Assembly: GCA_015063725.1 (NCBI GenBank)
Contig: SVTP01000003.1
Coordinates: forward strand, 23,194-87,193
From: Oscillospiraceae bacterium
GTDB lineage: Bacteria > Bacillota > Clostridia > Oscillospirales > CAG-272
DNA length: 64,000 bases
Direction: 5' to 3'
The position numbers and the translations under genes are program-made. Below the pieces are notes generated by a model. That model did no database searches. It had not been told where the DNA came from and saw nothing but the letters and a program-made list of their open reading frames with translations. Shown piece by piece: positions 45,303-55,924 of this stretch. Position 1 is the first letter of the stretch. The number at the start of each line of letters is the position of its first letter.

Positions 45303-46688
45303 ATGAAAGGACTGAAAACGTTTTACATCTGCACGGAATGTGAATACAAAAGTGCCAAATGGCTTGGTAAATGCCCCTCTTGCGGTGCTTGGAACGCCTT
45401 TGTCGAGGACGTGCAAGAGGTTGCGCCTGCCGCAACTGCTCCCAAGCGCGTAAGCATGATCCCCTCTTTGGGCGACAATCACGCCGTTGGCTTTACCGAT
45501 TTGGAGATCCCCGATTATATGCGCCGCACAACAGGGCTTGGGGAGCTTGACCGCGTGCTTGGCGGTGGACTTGTTCACGGCTCGGTGGTGCTGCTTTCGG
45601 GTGAACCGGGCATTGGTAAATCCACACTCCTGATGCAAATTTGCGACTCGCTTGGCGAGAGCCGCCGCGTTCTTTACGTGTCCGGCGAGGAGTCGGGTGG
45701 TCAGCTCAAGCTCCGCGCAAAGCGCCTTGGCGTGGTGGGAAATTCCCTCTTTATCCTTACCGAATCGAATATTGAAAGCATCCTCAAAGAGGTTGACAAG
45801 ATCAAGCCCGACGTTATTATCGTCGACTCGATACAGACCATCTATTCCGCATCGGTCAACTCTGCCCCCGGCAGCACGACACAGGTCAAGGAGACCGCGC
45901 TTTCCTTTATCAACAAGGCTAAGAGTGACGGTATTTCGGTCATTATGGTCGGCCACGTCAACAAGGAAGGCAGTATTGCAGGACCGAAGGTGCTGGAACA
46001 CATGGTAGACGCCGTACTCTACTTTGAGGGCGAACGTCAGCAGGCATACCGCATCATTCGCGCCATCAAGAACCGCTACGGTTCGACCAACGAGATCGGC
46101 GTGTTTGAGATGACCGACAAAGGTCTTATTGAGGTGGACAACCCCTCGCAAATGCTGCTCGCAGGCAGGCCGAAGAACATTTCGGGCAACTGTGCCGTTT
46201 GCACCATTGAGGGTACGCGCCCCATCATCGCCGAAATTCAGGCACTCGTCACCCCCACCGCATTCCCTGCTCCGCGTCGTACCACAAACGGCATAGATTA
46301 CAACCGTATGTGTCTAATTATAGCAGTTTTGGAAAAACGACTTGGGCTCAAATTCTATCAAAACGACGTTTATCTCAACGTCATTGGCGGTATGCGACTG
46401 GACGAGCCTGCCACTGACGTAGCACTTGCCATGGCACTCATTTCCTCAATGACAGACCGCATTATCCCCGATGACCTGATTGCCATTGGCGAGCTTGGTC
46501 TTGCCGGTGAGTGTCGCTCCGTCTCCAATCTTGAGCAACGCATCAAAGAAGCCGAGCGCCTCGGCTTTAAGCACGCCATCGTCCCCTACCGCAACATTGA
46601 AAAGCGTAAAATTGAAACAGAAAGCATCAATATCATTCCCATTCGCGGCATCTATGAGGTGCTGAATATGATGAAGGAGAGTAATTAA
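45303..46688 (+). CDS. radA: DNA repair protein RadA
   Basis: Zn ribbon CTECEYKSAKWLGKCPSCGAW, Walker A GEPGIGKST, KNRYG and a Lon-like C-terminus. Confidence 0.9.
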   Translation: MKGLKTFYICTECEYKSAKWLGKCPSCGAWNAFVEDVQEVAPAATAPKRVSMIPSLGDNHAVGFTDLEIPDYMRRTTGLGELDRVLGGGLVHGSVVLLSGEPGIGKSTLLMQICDSLGESRRVLYVSGEESGGQLKLRAKRLGVVGNSLFILTESNIESILKEVDKIKPDVIIVDSIQTIYSASVNSAPGSTTQVKETALSFINKAKSDGISVIMVGHVNKEGSIAGPKVLEHMVDAVLYFEGERQQAYRIIRAIKNRYGSTNEIGVFEMTDKGLIEVDNPSQMLLAGRPKNISGNCAVCTIEGTRPIIAEIQALVTPTAFPAPRRTTNGIDYNRMCLIIAVLEKRLGLKFYQNDVYLNVIGGMRLDEPATDVALAMALISSMTDRIIPDDLIAIGELGLAGECRSVSNLEQRIKEAERLGFKHAIVPYRNIEKRKIETESINIIPIRGIYEVLNMMKESN

Positions 46689-46780
46689 AGGGTAAAACTG
46701 CAATATGTTCATTGCAGAAATTGCAAAGAAAAGTTTGTCGAAATAATTCCTACCAAAGGTAACAGAGAAAGAGAAACATT

Positions 46781-47914
46781 ATGAAAGAAAATTCGAATAA
46801 CAATACAAATGAAACAAGGAAAAAGAAAGTATTGTATGGAATTATAATCGGTACTGTCGCGCTTATAATCCTTACAACTGCGATTGTGCTTGGAAGTGTC
46901 ATCGCATCTAAGCTAACCTGTTCCCATGATAATACATATGAAATTGAAATTCTCCCTTACAAATCTGCTACATGCTTGGAAGAAGGTTTGACTATGGGAA
47001 AGAAGTGTAATTATTGTGGTAAAATATTCGTAAAGCAAAAAACCATTCCAAAAACTGAATGCAGTGCAACGGAAACTCTGCCATATAAAGCTCCTACTTG
47101 TAAAGAAACAGGACTTACAGAAGGTAAGAAATGTTCTGTTTGCGGAAAAATAGTTGTAGCTCAAAAAGTTATTCCTACAAAAGCGTGCAATTCCTCAGTG
47201 GTATTATCCGCTAAAGCCCCCACTTGCACTAAAACAGGATTGACACAAGGTAAGCAGTGTAGCATTTGTGGTAAAATCACAACGGCTCAACAAATTATTC
47301 AAAAAGTTGCTTGCAAAGAAACTACGTGGATTGTGGATAAAGAACCAACAAAAACTATGGACGGTTCTAGGCATACCGAATGCACAATGTGTGGTAAAAT
47401 CATGCAAAAACAAGTGATAGCTTCCGGATCAAAAGGACTAACGTACGTTGATCAAAAAGATGGTACATATCTTGTAAAAGGCAGCTATTATTTTTCGGAT
47501 CCAGATGTCGTAATTCCTCGGATGTACAATGAATGTAATGTTGTAGGTATTCAATACTACGCATTTATGAACAATAAATATATTGAAAGTCTCAAGACTC
47601 CAAGCACTATAACATTTATTGATTCTCAAGCCTTTTATGGTTGTGAAAACTTAAAAACGGTAATCCTTGCGAAAGGACTAGAAGTGCTTTCAGGATATGC
47701 TTTTAAGAATTGTACTTCGCTTGAGAGCATTACGTTGCCAAGCACTTTGAGGACTATTGGTCATGAAGCATTCTTTAATTGCACATCACTAACAACAATA
47801 GAATTTGAAGGCACGGTTGAACAATGGAGTGCTATCTCATTGGGCACAGGTTGGCGTGGAAGAGTCCCAGCCACCGAAGTTATCTGCTCCAACGGAACAG
47901 TTCCCTTAAATTAA
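46781..47914 (+). CDS. membrane-anchored surface protein: four Cys-rich repeats + BspA-type leucine-rich repeats
   Basis: 377 aa with an N-terminal TM segment (VLYGIIIGTVALIILTTAIVLGSVI) and four Cys-rich repeats of about 41 aa. The C-terminal LRR_5-like units read IDSQAFYGCENLKTV, LSGYAFKNCTSLESI and IGHEAFFNCTSLTTI. GC is lower than in flanking genes. Confidence 0.65.
   Translation: MKENSNNNTNETRKKKVLYGIIIGTVALIILTTAIVLGSVIASKLTCSHDNTYEIEILPYKSATCLEEGLTMGKKCNYCGKIFVKQKTIPKTECSATETLPYKAPTCKETGLTEGKKCSVCGKIVVAQKVIPTKACNSSVVLSAKAPTCTKTGLTQGKQCSICGKITTAQQIIQKVACKETTWIVDKEPTKTMDGSRHTECTMCGKIMQKQVIASGSKGLTYVDQKDGTYLVKGSYYFSDPDVVIPRMYNECNVVGIQYYAFMNNKYIESLKTPSTITFIDSQAFYGCENLKTVILAKGLEVLSGYAFKNCTSLESITLPSTLRTIGHEAFFNCTSLTTIEFEGTVEQWSAISLGTGWRGRVPATEVICSNGTVPLN
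46919..47419 (+). repeat. four tandem in-frame repeats of about 123 nt encoding Cys-rich modules
   Basis: Units follow the pattern C-x(13-16)-TC-x(3)-GLT-x-GK-x-C-x(2)-CGKI-x(3)-Q-x(2)-I. The fourth unit is degenerate. Confidence 0.6.
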
Positions 47915-47975
47915 CTCCCTTCAAAGCATATACATTTAGTAAGATTGTATTGTAGTATCAAAACACAAAAATCCC

Positions 47976-48008
47976 AAGAGCCCCCATCCATTACGGACGG
48001 GGGCTCTT
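47976..48008. terminator. bidirectional terminator between convergent genes
   Basis: AAGAGCCCCC...GGGGGCTCTT with flanking A and T runs. Confidence 0.65.
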
Positions 48009-48020
48009 CTCTTTTTATTG

Positions 48021-48827
48021 TTATTTCTTCAACTTCAACGTTTTTTCATACGCCGCGGTGACGGCACTCATTGCGGTGGAACGGAAGGAGCCCTCCTCAA
48101 GTGCGTGCACGCCTGCGATGGTCGTGCCGCCGGGACTGCATACGGCATCTTTCAGTTCCCCAGGGTGCTTTCCGCTTTGGAGCAACAGTTCAGCCGCGCC
48201 CAAGAGCGTTTGTGCGGCATAAAGGTTTGCTTTGTCGCGCGCGAGTCCGCACTCTACTGCACCGTCTGCAAGAGCCTCGACAAAGAGATAGACGAATGCA
48301 GGTCCGCAGCCCGAAAGCGCGCTTGCCGCGTCGATCTTATCCTCTGTAATCTCATCGAGCTTGCCCGCTTTTGCGAGTGCGTGTAAAAAGGTGTCAATTT
48401 CTTTTTCGGTAACGGCATCGTTTGCGGTATAGAGGATCATTCCCTCGCCTACCGACACGGGCGTGTTGGGCATAATGCGAATGATAGGTGCTTTCATTTT
48501 GCACATCTTTTCAATTGCCGAAATGCTGATGCCTGCCGCCATACTGATGAGCACAAAGCGATCTTTTCTCTTTTGGAGAATAGGAGAGATCTCTTCAAAA
48601 AGTCCTTCGAAGCCCTGCGGCTTGACACCGAGAAAGATATATTCGCAATCAGCGGCAACTTGTTCCAAGAGCGCCACGCCACAACCGAGAGACTCGGCAA
48701 GCGCGGCAGATTTTTCGATATTGGCATCGCAAAGTGCGATATCGTATGGGTTTGCGGTCTTTGCAACGGCTTGTGCCAAGGCACCGCCCATGTTTCCGCA
48801 ACCGATAAAACCAAATTTTATTTTCAT
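48021..48827 (-). CDS. proC: pyrroline-5-carboxylate reductase
   Basis: FGFIGCGNMGGAL, a Rossmann N-terminus and SPGGTTIAGV. Confidence 0.9.
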   Translation of the reverse strand: MKIKFGFIGCGNMGGALAQAVAKTANPYDIALCDANIEKSAALAESLGCGVALLEQVAADCEYIFLGVKPQGFEGLFEEISPILQKRKDRFVLISMAAGISISAIEKMCKMKAPIIRIMPNTPVSVGEGMILYTANDAVTEKEIDTFLHALAKAGKLDEITEDKIDAASALSGCGPAFVYLFVEALADGAVECGLARDKANLYAAQTLLGAAELLLQSGKHPGELKDAVCSPGGTTIAGVHALEEGSFRSTAMSAVTAAYEKTLKLKK

Positions 48828-48843
48828 AATAGATCCTTCCCCG

Positions 48844-50100
48844 TCAGCGGATCTGTCCGCTTCCGTTGATGACGTATTTGTAGGTGGTCAGTTCTTCAAG
48901 CCCCATAGGACCGCGCGCGTGGAGCTTTTGGGTAGAGATGCCGATCTCACAACCAAGCCCGAACTCGCCGCCGTCGGTAAAGCGCGTGGATGCGTTGACG
49001 TAAACTGCGGCACTGTCCACCGCCGCCGTAAAATATGCGGCGTTTTGTGCGTTTTTGGTAATGATGGCATCGCTGTGATGCGTGGAATGGAGCGCGATAT
49101 GCTCGACGGCTTCTCTGACGTTCTCAACCACGCCAATTGCAAGGATGTAGTTGAGAAATTCGGTATCAAAGTCAGCTTCTGTTGCAGGTGTGCCATCAAT
49201 GATCGCACCTGCCTCGGCATCTACGCGAAGCTCTACGGGCGTTTTGCCGTCACGAATGCGCGCATCCACGAGACGCTCCTTCAAGCGCGGCAAAAAGTCT
49301 TTTGCAACCTTGCGCGAGACCAAGCAGACCTCCTCAGCGTTGCAAACAGAGGGGCGCGACGTTTTGGCGTTTTCGATGATATTGAGCGCCATATCAAGGT
49401 CTGCATCCGCATCCACGTAAACGTGGCAAATGCCCGTACCCGTTTGAATACAAGGAACCTTGGCATTCTCTACACAAGCGCGAATGAGTCCTGCACCGCC
49501 GCGCGGAATCAGCAGATCCACGTAGTCGACAGCGGTCATCAATTCGTTAGCACCGGCCCGTGTGGTATCTTCAAGAATATTGACAAAGGTTGTGGGAAGA
49601 TTCAGGGATGCAAGTCCCTTTTGGAGCGCTTTTACGATAGCAGTTGAAGAACGGTACGCCTCTTTGCCGCCGCGTAAAACGCAAACGTTGCCGCTTTTGA
49701 GAGATAGAGCCGCGGCATCTGAGGTAACGTTCGGGCGGCTTTCGTAAATGATGGCAACCACACCCATCGGTACGCGTACCTTGCTGACCTCAATGCCGTT
49801 GGGACGGGTAAAACACTCGGTGATTTTACCTACGGGATCCGGGAGCTTGACAACGTCACGAATTCCCTCTGCCATAGCGACAATACGCTCTCGCGTCAGG
49901 CGCAAACGGTCGATCATAACGTCATTCATCGTGTCCTTTACGCCTTCAATATCGGCATTATTGGCGGCAAGAATAGCATCGGTATCGGCAATCAGGGCAT
50001 CTGCCATTGAAAGGAGCGCGCGATTTTTTTCCTCGCTCGAAAGCATGGAAAGCGCACGCGTAGCAGCTTTTGCGCCTTGCAAAATTTCAAGTGTTGTCAT
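48844..50100 (-). CDS. proA: glutamate-5-semialdehyde dehydrogenase
   Basis: 418 aa with [15 protein letters not shown](V)CLV and HSTHHSDAI. Confidence 0.9.
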   Translation of the reverse strand: MTTLEILQGAKAATRALSMLSSEEKNRALLSMADALIADTDAILAANNADIEGVKDTMNDVMIDRLRLTRERIVAMAEGIRDVVKLPDPVGKITECFTRPNGIEVSKVRVPMGVVAIIYESRPNVTSDAAALSLKSGNVCVLRGGKEAYRSSTAIVKALQKGLASLNLPTTFVNILEDTTRAGANELMTAVDYVDLLIPRGGAGLIRACVENAKVPCIQTGTGICHVYVDADADLDMALNIIENAKTSRPSVCNAEEVCLVSRKVAKDFLPRLKERLVDARIRDGKTPVELRVDAEAGAIIDGTPATEADFDTEFLNYILAIGVVENVREAVEHIALHSTHHSDAIITKNAQNAAYFTAAVDSAAVYVNASTRFTDGGEFGLGCEIGISTQKLHARGPMGLEELTTYKYVINGSGQIR

Positions 50101-50873
50101 GCTCTGTCTCCTTTTGCAAAAAATCGCGTTCCAACCTCTTTTCCCTCAAAAAGATCATACAAAAGATTGGGTTCGGCACCGTTGAGAATGACCATTTCAC
50201 ATTCCGCATCCCGGCAGAGCTCGGCGGCGTGGAGCTTGGTCTTCATTCCGCCCGTACCGAGAGCCGAGCCTGCGTCTCCTGCAAGCGCCATAATCTCGGG
50301 TGTGAGTTCCTTTACGTTGTGGATCAGCTTGGCATCGGCACACTTGTGCGGATCGGCGGTATAAAGTCCGTCGATATCGGAAAGCAAAACAAGGCAGTCT
50401 GCCCCCACGCTTGCGGCAACCATTGCTGAGAGCGTATCGTTGTCACCAACCTTGATCTCCTCGGTGGCGATGGTATCATTTTCGTTGATGATGGGCAAGA
50501 CCTCAAGCTCTAAAAGGCGACCGAGCGTGTTTTGGAAGTTATGATAACGGTCATCGTTTTTGAAATCCGATCCCGTTAACAGGATCTGCGCCACGGTGTG
50601 GTGATATTTTTGAAAGAGACGGTCATAGGTATACATTAGCTCGCACTGCCCCACGGCTGCTGCAGCTTGCTTAGTGGGAATGTCCTGTGGCTTCTCCTTA
50701 AGAGAAAGCTTACCAACACCCATACCAATTGCACCGGAAGAAACAAGAATGATCTCATATCCACTGTTTTTGAGGTCGCTGATCACCTTACAGAGCTCCT
50801 CAACACGGCGAATGTTGAGACGTCCGTTGGCGTGGGCGAGTGTTGAAGTACCGATTTTAATTACCACTCTCAT
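50097..50873 (-). CDS. proB: glutamate 5-kinase (short form, no PUA domain)
   Basis: [18 protein letters not shown] and GDNDTLSA. It has a 4-nt overlap with proA. Confidence 0.9.
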   Translation of the reverse strand: MRVVIKIGTSTLAHANGRLNIRRVEELCKVISDLKNSGYEIILVSSGAIGMGVGKLSLKEKPQDIPTKQAAAAVGQCELMYTYDRLFQKYHHTVAQILLTGSDFKNDDRYHNFQNTLGRLLELEVLPIINENDTIATEEIKVGDNDTLSAMVAASVGADCLVLLSDIDGLYTADPHKCADAKLIHNVKELTPEIMALAGDAGSALGTGGMKTKLHAAELCRDAECEMVILNGAEPNLLYDLFEGKEVGTRFFAKGDRA

Positions 50874-50906
50874 TGTTTTACAGTCCCTTTCTGTAATCTT
50901 TTCTAC

Positions 50907-50935
50907 ATTATAAACAAAAAAATGCCACTCGTCAA
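50907..50935 (-). promoter_or_regulatory. candidate sigma-A promoter of proBAC
   Basis: TTGACG (50930-50935), a 17-nt spacer, then TATAAT (50907-50912). Confidence 0.5.
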
Positions 50936-50953
50936 TAGATTATGAGGAAAAAA

Positions 50954-50983
50954 AGGATGCAGAAATCATTTTTTCTGCATCCT
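50954..50983 (-). terminator. terminator after the htrA-like gene
   Basis: AGGATGCAGAAA-tcatt-TTTCTGCATCCT with flanking A and T runs. Confidence 0.6.
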
Positions 50984-50991
50984 TTTGGAAT

Positions 50992-52236
50992 TTAAGATAC
51001 GCCAACTATGATTTGGACAGTCATTTTTTGACCTCGGCGGTAAAGTTCAAAGGTCACCGTTTGCCCAACATAGCATTTGTAAAGCTCGTTTTTGAAGCTT
51101 TCAAGATTGGTAACGGTAACACCGTTGACCGAGCAAAGAATGTCACCGACCTGAATCTTTCCATAAGCACCGCTGTTAGTGGATACTTCAAGAACAAAAA
51201 ATCCGGGGGCGGGGGCGGTGTATTCCCTATTTCCAAGTGTAAACCTTTCGCCCTTGGTGATCTCCGAGCCTGTGATGCCGATCTTGGGACGCGACTTGGA
51301 AACCGATGAAACAAAGCCGTAAAGTCTGCCCTCCAGAATGGCATCGATCGTACGCATTGCATCGGTAATGGGAATGGCATAGCCCATGCCCTCATAATCG
51401 CTCATTTTGCGTGTAATAATACCAATGACCTCGCCATTCTCGTTGCAAAGGGGGCCTCCCGAGTTGCCGGGGTTAACCTGCGCATCGGTTTGTAGCATCT
51501 TCATTTCGCTGAAATATGCAGCTTCTTCTACCGAAAGAATACGGTTTGTGGCAGAAACAATACCTTTTGTGGTGGTCCATCCACCCTCTGCACCGCCGGG
51601 GTTGCCAACTGCAATGGCAACGTCACCTGCCATCAGAATATCCGAGTTTCCAATTGCCAGTGGCGAATATTTACCATTTGGAATTTTGATAACTGCAAGG
51701 TCATCCTCCGCGCGGTAACCAACCATCTCGGCATTCTTAACGGTACCGTCGTAAAGCGTTACGCGAATTTGGATTGCGCCCTCAACCACGTGGTAGTTGG
51801 TTGCAATATAACCGTCATCGCTCAGAAAAAATCCGGTTCCGCTACCCGAGCTGTCGCTTCTGCCCACCTCAATGAGCACTACAGAGGCTTTAATCTTCTC
51901 CACAACGCTTGCAGTGTTCGGTTTTTCTTGCGGCGTTGTGGACGGCTCCGATGCATCGGGATTTGTGGGTGACGGAGTGGTTACTTGCGTTTCCTCCTGA
52001 GGTGAAGTTTCTTCTGGCGAACCGTTCGAATTTTGCATAAACCACAAAAAAGTAGTGGCAAACAAAGCAAAAAAGGCAACCAGAACAACGGTCAGAACGA
52101 TCCCGTAAATCAGGAGTTTGCGTTTTCCTTTTTTCTCTTTTTCTCTGCGGTCAATGGCGAGTTGGTCATTGTAGTTCCAATAGAAGGAATAGGACTGTGC
52201 AGAATTTTTGAATTGATTGTTTTGCTTTTCTGACAT
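50992..52236 (-). CDS. HtrA/DegP-type serine protease with a PDZ domain
   Basis: One TM segment, a Pro/Thr/Ser-rich linker, the catalytic triad context (TNYHV, DLAVIK, GNSGGPL) and a C-terminal PDZ domain. Confidence 0.85.
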   Translation of the reverse strand: MSEKQNNQFKNSAQSYSFYWNYNDQLAIDRREKEKKGKRKLLIYGIVLTVVLVAFFALFATTFLWFMQNSNGSPEETSPQEETQVTTPSPTNPDASEPSTTPQEKPNTASVVEKIKASVVLIEVGRSDSSGSGTGFFLSDDGYIATNYHVVEGAIQIRVTLYDGTVKNAEMVGYRAEDDLAVIKIPNGKYSPLAIGNSDILMAGDVAIAVGNPGGAEGGWTTTKGIVSATNRILSVEEAAYFSEMKMLQTDAQVNPGNSGGPLCNENGEVIGIITRKMSDYEGMGYAIPITDAMRTIDAILEGRLYGFVSSVSKSRPKIGITGSEITKGERFTLGNREYTAPAPGFFVLEVSTNSGAYGKIQVGDILCSVNGVTVTNLESFKNELYKCYVGQTVTFELYRRGQKMTVQIIVGVS

Positions 52237-52271
52237 ATCGCTCTCCTAAGTATTCATCTCGAAAGTATTGC

Positions 52272-52964
52272 TCAGTTCAAAAGCTCGAACTTGTAGCCCA
52301 CACCCCAAACGGTTTTGAGAATCCATTTATCGGACACACCCTCAAGCTTTTCACGCAGACGCTTAACGTGTACGTCAACGGTACGGGAGTCACCGAGATA
52401 GTCAAAGCCCCAAACCTTGTCAAGGAGCTGATCACGCGTAAATACGCGGTTGTAGTTGGATGCCAGGAAGTACAGAAGCTCCAATTCCTTGGGCGGAATG
52501 TCAACCGAGCGGCCGCTCAACTTGAGCTCATATTTTTGCAGGCTGATTTCAATGTTTTCGAATTTGATAACCTCTTCTTCGCTCTGGCGGGTGCTTGCCT
52601 GACAGCGGCGCAGAACAGCCTTGACACGTGCGGAAAGAACCTTGATATCAAAGGGCTTGGTTACAAAATCGTCGGCGCCCAATTCCAAACCGAGAACGGT
52701 ATCAAACGCATCGCTCTTTGCGGTTACAAAAATGATGGGCTTGGAAGAGATCTCGCGAATTTCGCGGCAGACCTGCCAACCGTCCTTTTTGGGGAGCATT
52801 ACATCCAAAAGCACCAGATCGGGGGAAAAGATTTTAAAATAATTCAAGCCCTCCATACCGTCGGATGCCACTTTAACGTCGTAGCCCTCGTTGGTGAAAT
52901 AGGATTTGAGCACCTCGGTTACACCGGAATCATCGTCAATGATGAGAATTTTTGTATCAGTCAT
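52272..52964 (-). CDS. OmpR/PhoB-family response regulator
   Basis: MTDTKILIIDDD...LLDVMLP...TAK, plus a winged-helix C-terminus (RTVDVHVKRLREKL, VWGVGYKF). I chose the ATG at 52964. No histidine kinase gene is adjacent. Confidence 0.85.
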   Translation of the reverse strand: MTDTKILIIDDDSGVTEVLKSYFTNEGYDVKVASDGMEGLNYFKIFSPDLVLLDVMLPKKDGWQVCREIREISSKPIIFVTAKSDAFDTVLGLELGADDFVTKPFDIKVLSARVKAVLRRCQASTRQSEEEVIKFENIEISLQKYELKLSGRSVDIPPKELELLYFLASNYNRVFTRDQLLDKVWGFDYLGDSRTVDVHVKRLREKLEGVSDKWILKTVWGVGYKFELLN

Positions 52965-53351
52965 AGTTTTTTTCTCCTTTTTGCTTGTCCGATTCGTCAC
53001 TCACATTATAAAAGATAAACGGGGTGATCTCGTGACGAAAATATGAATTTTGAAACAATTTGTTCATTTACATTGTGATTTTCATATGAAGACATTATAA
53101 CACAAAATCGAATAAATTGCAAATGGTTTTTGAACATTTGTTTGATTATGCATGATTTTTGTGCAAAATACCTTGTTTTTTGTCATTTTGTGGAAATTTT
53201 GAAGTCTTTTTTGTTCAAAATTCATTAAAAGTTGTTAACATTTTTTCAATTCAAAATTATAAACTCGAATTTTTGGTTTGGTAAAAGTTTTGTAACATTC
53301 TCACACCTTCACTTTTTTGCAAAAGTATGAAAATATTTTTGGGCTTTGGTA

Positions 53352-53380
53352 TTGCAAAAAAAGCGGCTTTATGATATAAT
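53352..53380 (+). promoter_or_regulatory. candidate sigma-A promoter of ychF
   Basis: TTGCAA (53352-53357), a 17-nt spacer, then TATAAT (53375-53380). Confidence 0.5.
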
Positions 53381-53413
53381 AGTTAAGATAAAAAGACAAA
53401 GGAGCAAAACATC

Positions 53414-54508
53414 ATGAAACTTGGTATCGTGGGACTTCCCAACGTGGGAAAGAGCACGCTCTTTAACGCACTGACAAACGCAGGAGCCGAATCGGCGAAC
53501 TATCCTTTTTGCACCATCGAACCCAACGTGGGCGTGGTAACTGTTCCCGATAAGCGTCTTGATTTTCTTGCAGATATGCACCACCCCAACAAATATACCC
53601 CTGCTGTTATCGAATTTGTTGACATTGCAGGTCTTGTGAAGGGTGCTTCTAAGGGTGAAGGACTTGGTAACCAATTCCTTGGCAATATCCGCGAAGTGGA
53701 CGCTATTTTGCACGTTGTGCGTTGCTTTGAGGATGACAATATCATTCACGTTGACGGCAAGATCGACCCGATGCGCGATTTGGAGACCATCAATCTTGAA
53801 TTGATCTTTTCGGATATGGAAATTTTGGAACGCCGCATCGACCGCACCAAAAAGGCAATGAGAGCTGACAAGAAATATGCCGCGGAGCTTGCCGTATTTG
53901 AAAAGCTGATGGCGGCTCTTGCCGAGGGCAAATGCGCGCGCACGGTTGAGCTTAGCGAGGACGAAGAAGCATGTCTGTATGACACTCCCCTGCTCACCCG
54001 CAAGCCCGTTATTTACGTTGCAAATGTAAACGAGGATTATGCCGCGACTGAACCCAATGATTATGAGCCTTATGTTGCGCTCAAGGAATATGCCGCAAGC
54101 GAGCACTCGCAGATCATTCCCATCTGTTGCCAGATCGAAGCAGAAATCGCACAGCTTGACGCAGAGGAAAAGGAAATGTTCCTCTCTGACCTTGGCATTG
54201 AAGAAAGCGGTCTTGACCGTCTGATTAAGGCAAGCTATGCTCTGCTCGGCCTGATCAGTTTCCTCACCGCAGGTCCCGACGAGTGCCGCGCTTGGACCAT
54301 TCGTAAGGGTACCAAGGCTCCCAAAGCTGCAGGCAAGATCCACTCGGATATTGAACGCGGATTTATCCGCGCCGAGATCGTTGCTTTTGATGACCTTGTA
54401 AAGCATGGCTCTATGAACGCCGCAAAAGAGGCAGGTGTGCTGCGCAGCGAAGGTAAGGAGTACATCATGCAGGATGGAGATATTGTATTTTTCCGTTTCA
54501 ATGTTTAA
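53414..54508 (+). CDS. ychF: redox-regulated ribosome-binding ATPase YchF
   Basis: [21 protein letters not shown]...YPFCTIEPN...[10 protein letters not shown], plus a C-terminal TGS-like domain. Confidence 0.9.
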   Translation: MKLGIVGLPNVGKSTLFNALTNAGAESANYPFCTIEPNVGVVTVPDKRLDFLADMHHPNKYTPAVIEFVDIAGLVKGASKGEGLGNQFLGNIREVDAILHVVRCFEDDNIIHVDGKIDPMRDLETINLELIFSDMEILERRIDRTKKAMRADKKYAAELAVFEKLMAALAEGKCARTVELSEDEEACLYDTPLLTRKPVIYVANVNEDYAATEPNDYEPYVALKEYAASEHSQIIPICCQIEAEIAQLDAEEKEMFLSDLGIEESGLDRLIKASYALLGLISFLTAGPDECRAWTIRKGTKAPKAAGKIHSDIERGFIRAEIVAFDDLVKHGSMNAAKEAGVLRSEGKEYIMQDGDIVFFRFNV

Positions 54509-54525
54509 TAAAACGAATACAAATA

Positions 54526-54556
54526 AGGACAGAGATTTTCGTCTCTGTCCTTTTTT
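54526..54556. terminator. terminator hairpin between convergent ychF and the HAD gene
   Basis: AGGACAGAGA-ttttc-GTCTCTGTCCT followed by TTTTT. Confidence 0.6.
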
Positions 54557-54559
54557 ACT

Positions 54560-55189
54560 TTATATTCCAACAATTTTGGCAACCTCGGTTATGTCTTTGC
54601 AGCGGTAATCCACTTTGGCATCGGGATAGAGGTCGTCCTCGTCCCACAAAAAGCCGACCATTCCGGCGTTCATTCCTGCCAAGGCGTCGATCGGGCGGTC
54701 GCCAATCATCAGGCAAGTTTTGGGATCCAGTCCGCAATGCTCTGCCAAAAACAGGAGCGCATCGGGTGCGGGCTTCATCGGGAAGGGATAGGAAGCATCT
54801 AACACAAACTCAAAGCAATCCAAAATGCCGATGTTTGCAAGAATTTCCTTGGCGATCGGCCCCGTGTGGGTGTAGATAAAGTTCTTCTTCCCTGCCGCCT
54901 GCGCTTTTTTGATCAGGTCGATCGTTTGCGCAAAGCCGGGTTGCTCGGTGTAATGCTCGGAGTAAGTGGAAACATAATCGTCGTAAAATTTTTCATAGGT
55001 CGTCTTGTGTTCCACGTCCATTTTGCGGTAAGCATCGGGAACGGTGATTTTGAGCATCCGAAAGACTGTATCACGGTCATACGGAACGTCAATGCCGTTT
55101 TTCTCACACGCGGCAATAAAGGACTCTACAAAAAGCGGATAGGAGTTGACAATGGTACCGTCGAGGTCAAAGATCAAATTTTGAATCAT
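54560..55189 (-). CDS. HAD-superfamily hydrolase (phosphatase)
   Basis: An N-terminal FDLDGTIV motif and a C-terminal GDRPIDALAG. Confidence 0.75.
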   Translation of the reverse strand: MIQNLIFDLDGTIVNSYPLFVESFIAACEKNGIDVPYDRDTVFRMLKITVPDAYRKMDVEHKTTYEKFYDDYVSTYSEHYTEQPGFAQTIDLIKKAQAAGKKNFIYTHTGPIAKEILANIGILDCFEFVLDASYPFPMKPAPDALLFLAEHCGLDPKTCLMIGDRPIDALAGMNAGMVGFLWDEDDLYPDAKVDYRCKDITEVAKIVGI

Positions 55190-55191
55190 GA

Positions 55192-55782
55192 TTAGTCCTT
55201 TCTTTTGGGTTCGCGATCGCTTTCTGGGTATTGATTTTTATGAAAGAAGCTTGTGTATTTTACGTCGTGCAAACCAAAATAATACGAAATTCCGCAAACG
55301 AGAATTGCGGGAATGGGCGTGAGGAAATAGGAAATCCAATAAGTGTTGAGGGGCGCACCGCCGACGGGATTGACGAGAATCCCCGCATACATGCCATGCA
55401 GAAACATTGAAACTGCTTGTGCCACGCCACCGATCGACTCAAAGACGGCTACACTTGGCAAGAGAGCGCGCAACAGAATGAAAACAGCGAGCAGATAATT
55501 GATAGCGTTGGCGCACAGAGAAATGAGCGCGCCGCGCAAGGGGTTGTTTGCCTTTTTGCCCTGCTCTACCGATATTTTGTCCTTGTATCCAATATCCCAT
55601 GCCTTGATATACAAAAGCACAAGATAAAACAGGATGGAGCAGATGCTCGTTACGTTGCGCAAAGCATCGTTATCGATCTTCATTGCTGCCAGCACCAAGG
55701 AAAAGCCAAACATAGAAATGACCAGTTGGTGGAGCAACATCGTTACAATGTCATAGGAATGACTTTTGAAAAAAGTTTTCAT
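55192..55782 (-). CDS. polytopic membrane protein, unknown function
   Basis: 196 aa with about 5 hydrophobic helices, separated from the downstream HAD gene by 2 nt. Confidence 0.5.
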   Translation of the reverse strand: MKTFFKSHSYDIVTMLLHQLVISMFGFSLVLAAMKIDNDALRNVTSICSILFYLVLLYIKAWDIGYKDKISVEQGKKANNPLRGALISLCANAINYLLAVFILLRALLPSVAVFESIGGVAQAVSMFLHGMYAGILVNPVGGAPLNTYWISYFLTPIPAILVCGISYYFGLHDVKYTSFFHKNQYPESDREPKRKD

Positions 55783-55924
55783 TGCACTACCTCGGTTGTG
55801 TATTTGCCTATAGTATAGCGAATTTTTGCGCCAAATGCAACTGCAAACTGCAAAAATTTACAATTTATCAACTAAAATAACAAGATATGTTGTATAATAG
55901 AGGTAGATAAGCAAAGGAGCGATT

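Noticed and set aside
45060-46151. 363-aa minus-strand ORF
   Set aside because: It is antisense to radA, which has a zinc ribbon, Walker A and KNRYG motifs on the plus strand.
53369-54406. 345-aa minus-strand ORF
   Set aside because: It is antisense to ychF. The same reasoning applies to the other long shadow ORFs at 10978-12021, 18786-20174, 22271-23254, 26019-27140, 28886-29854, 31299-32330, 33090-34145 and 48463-49647.
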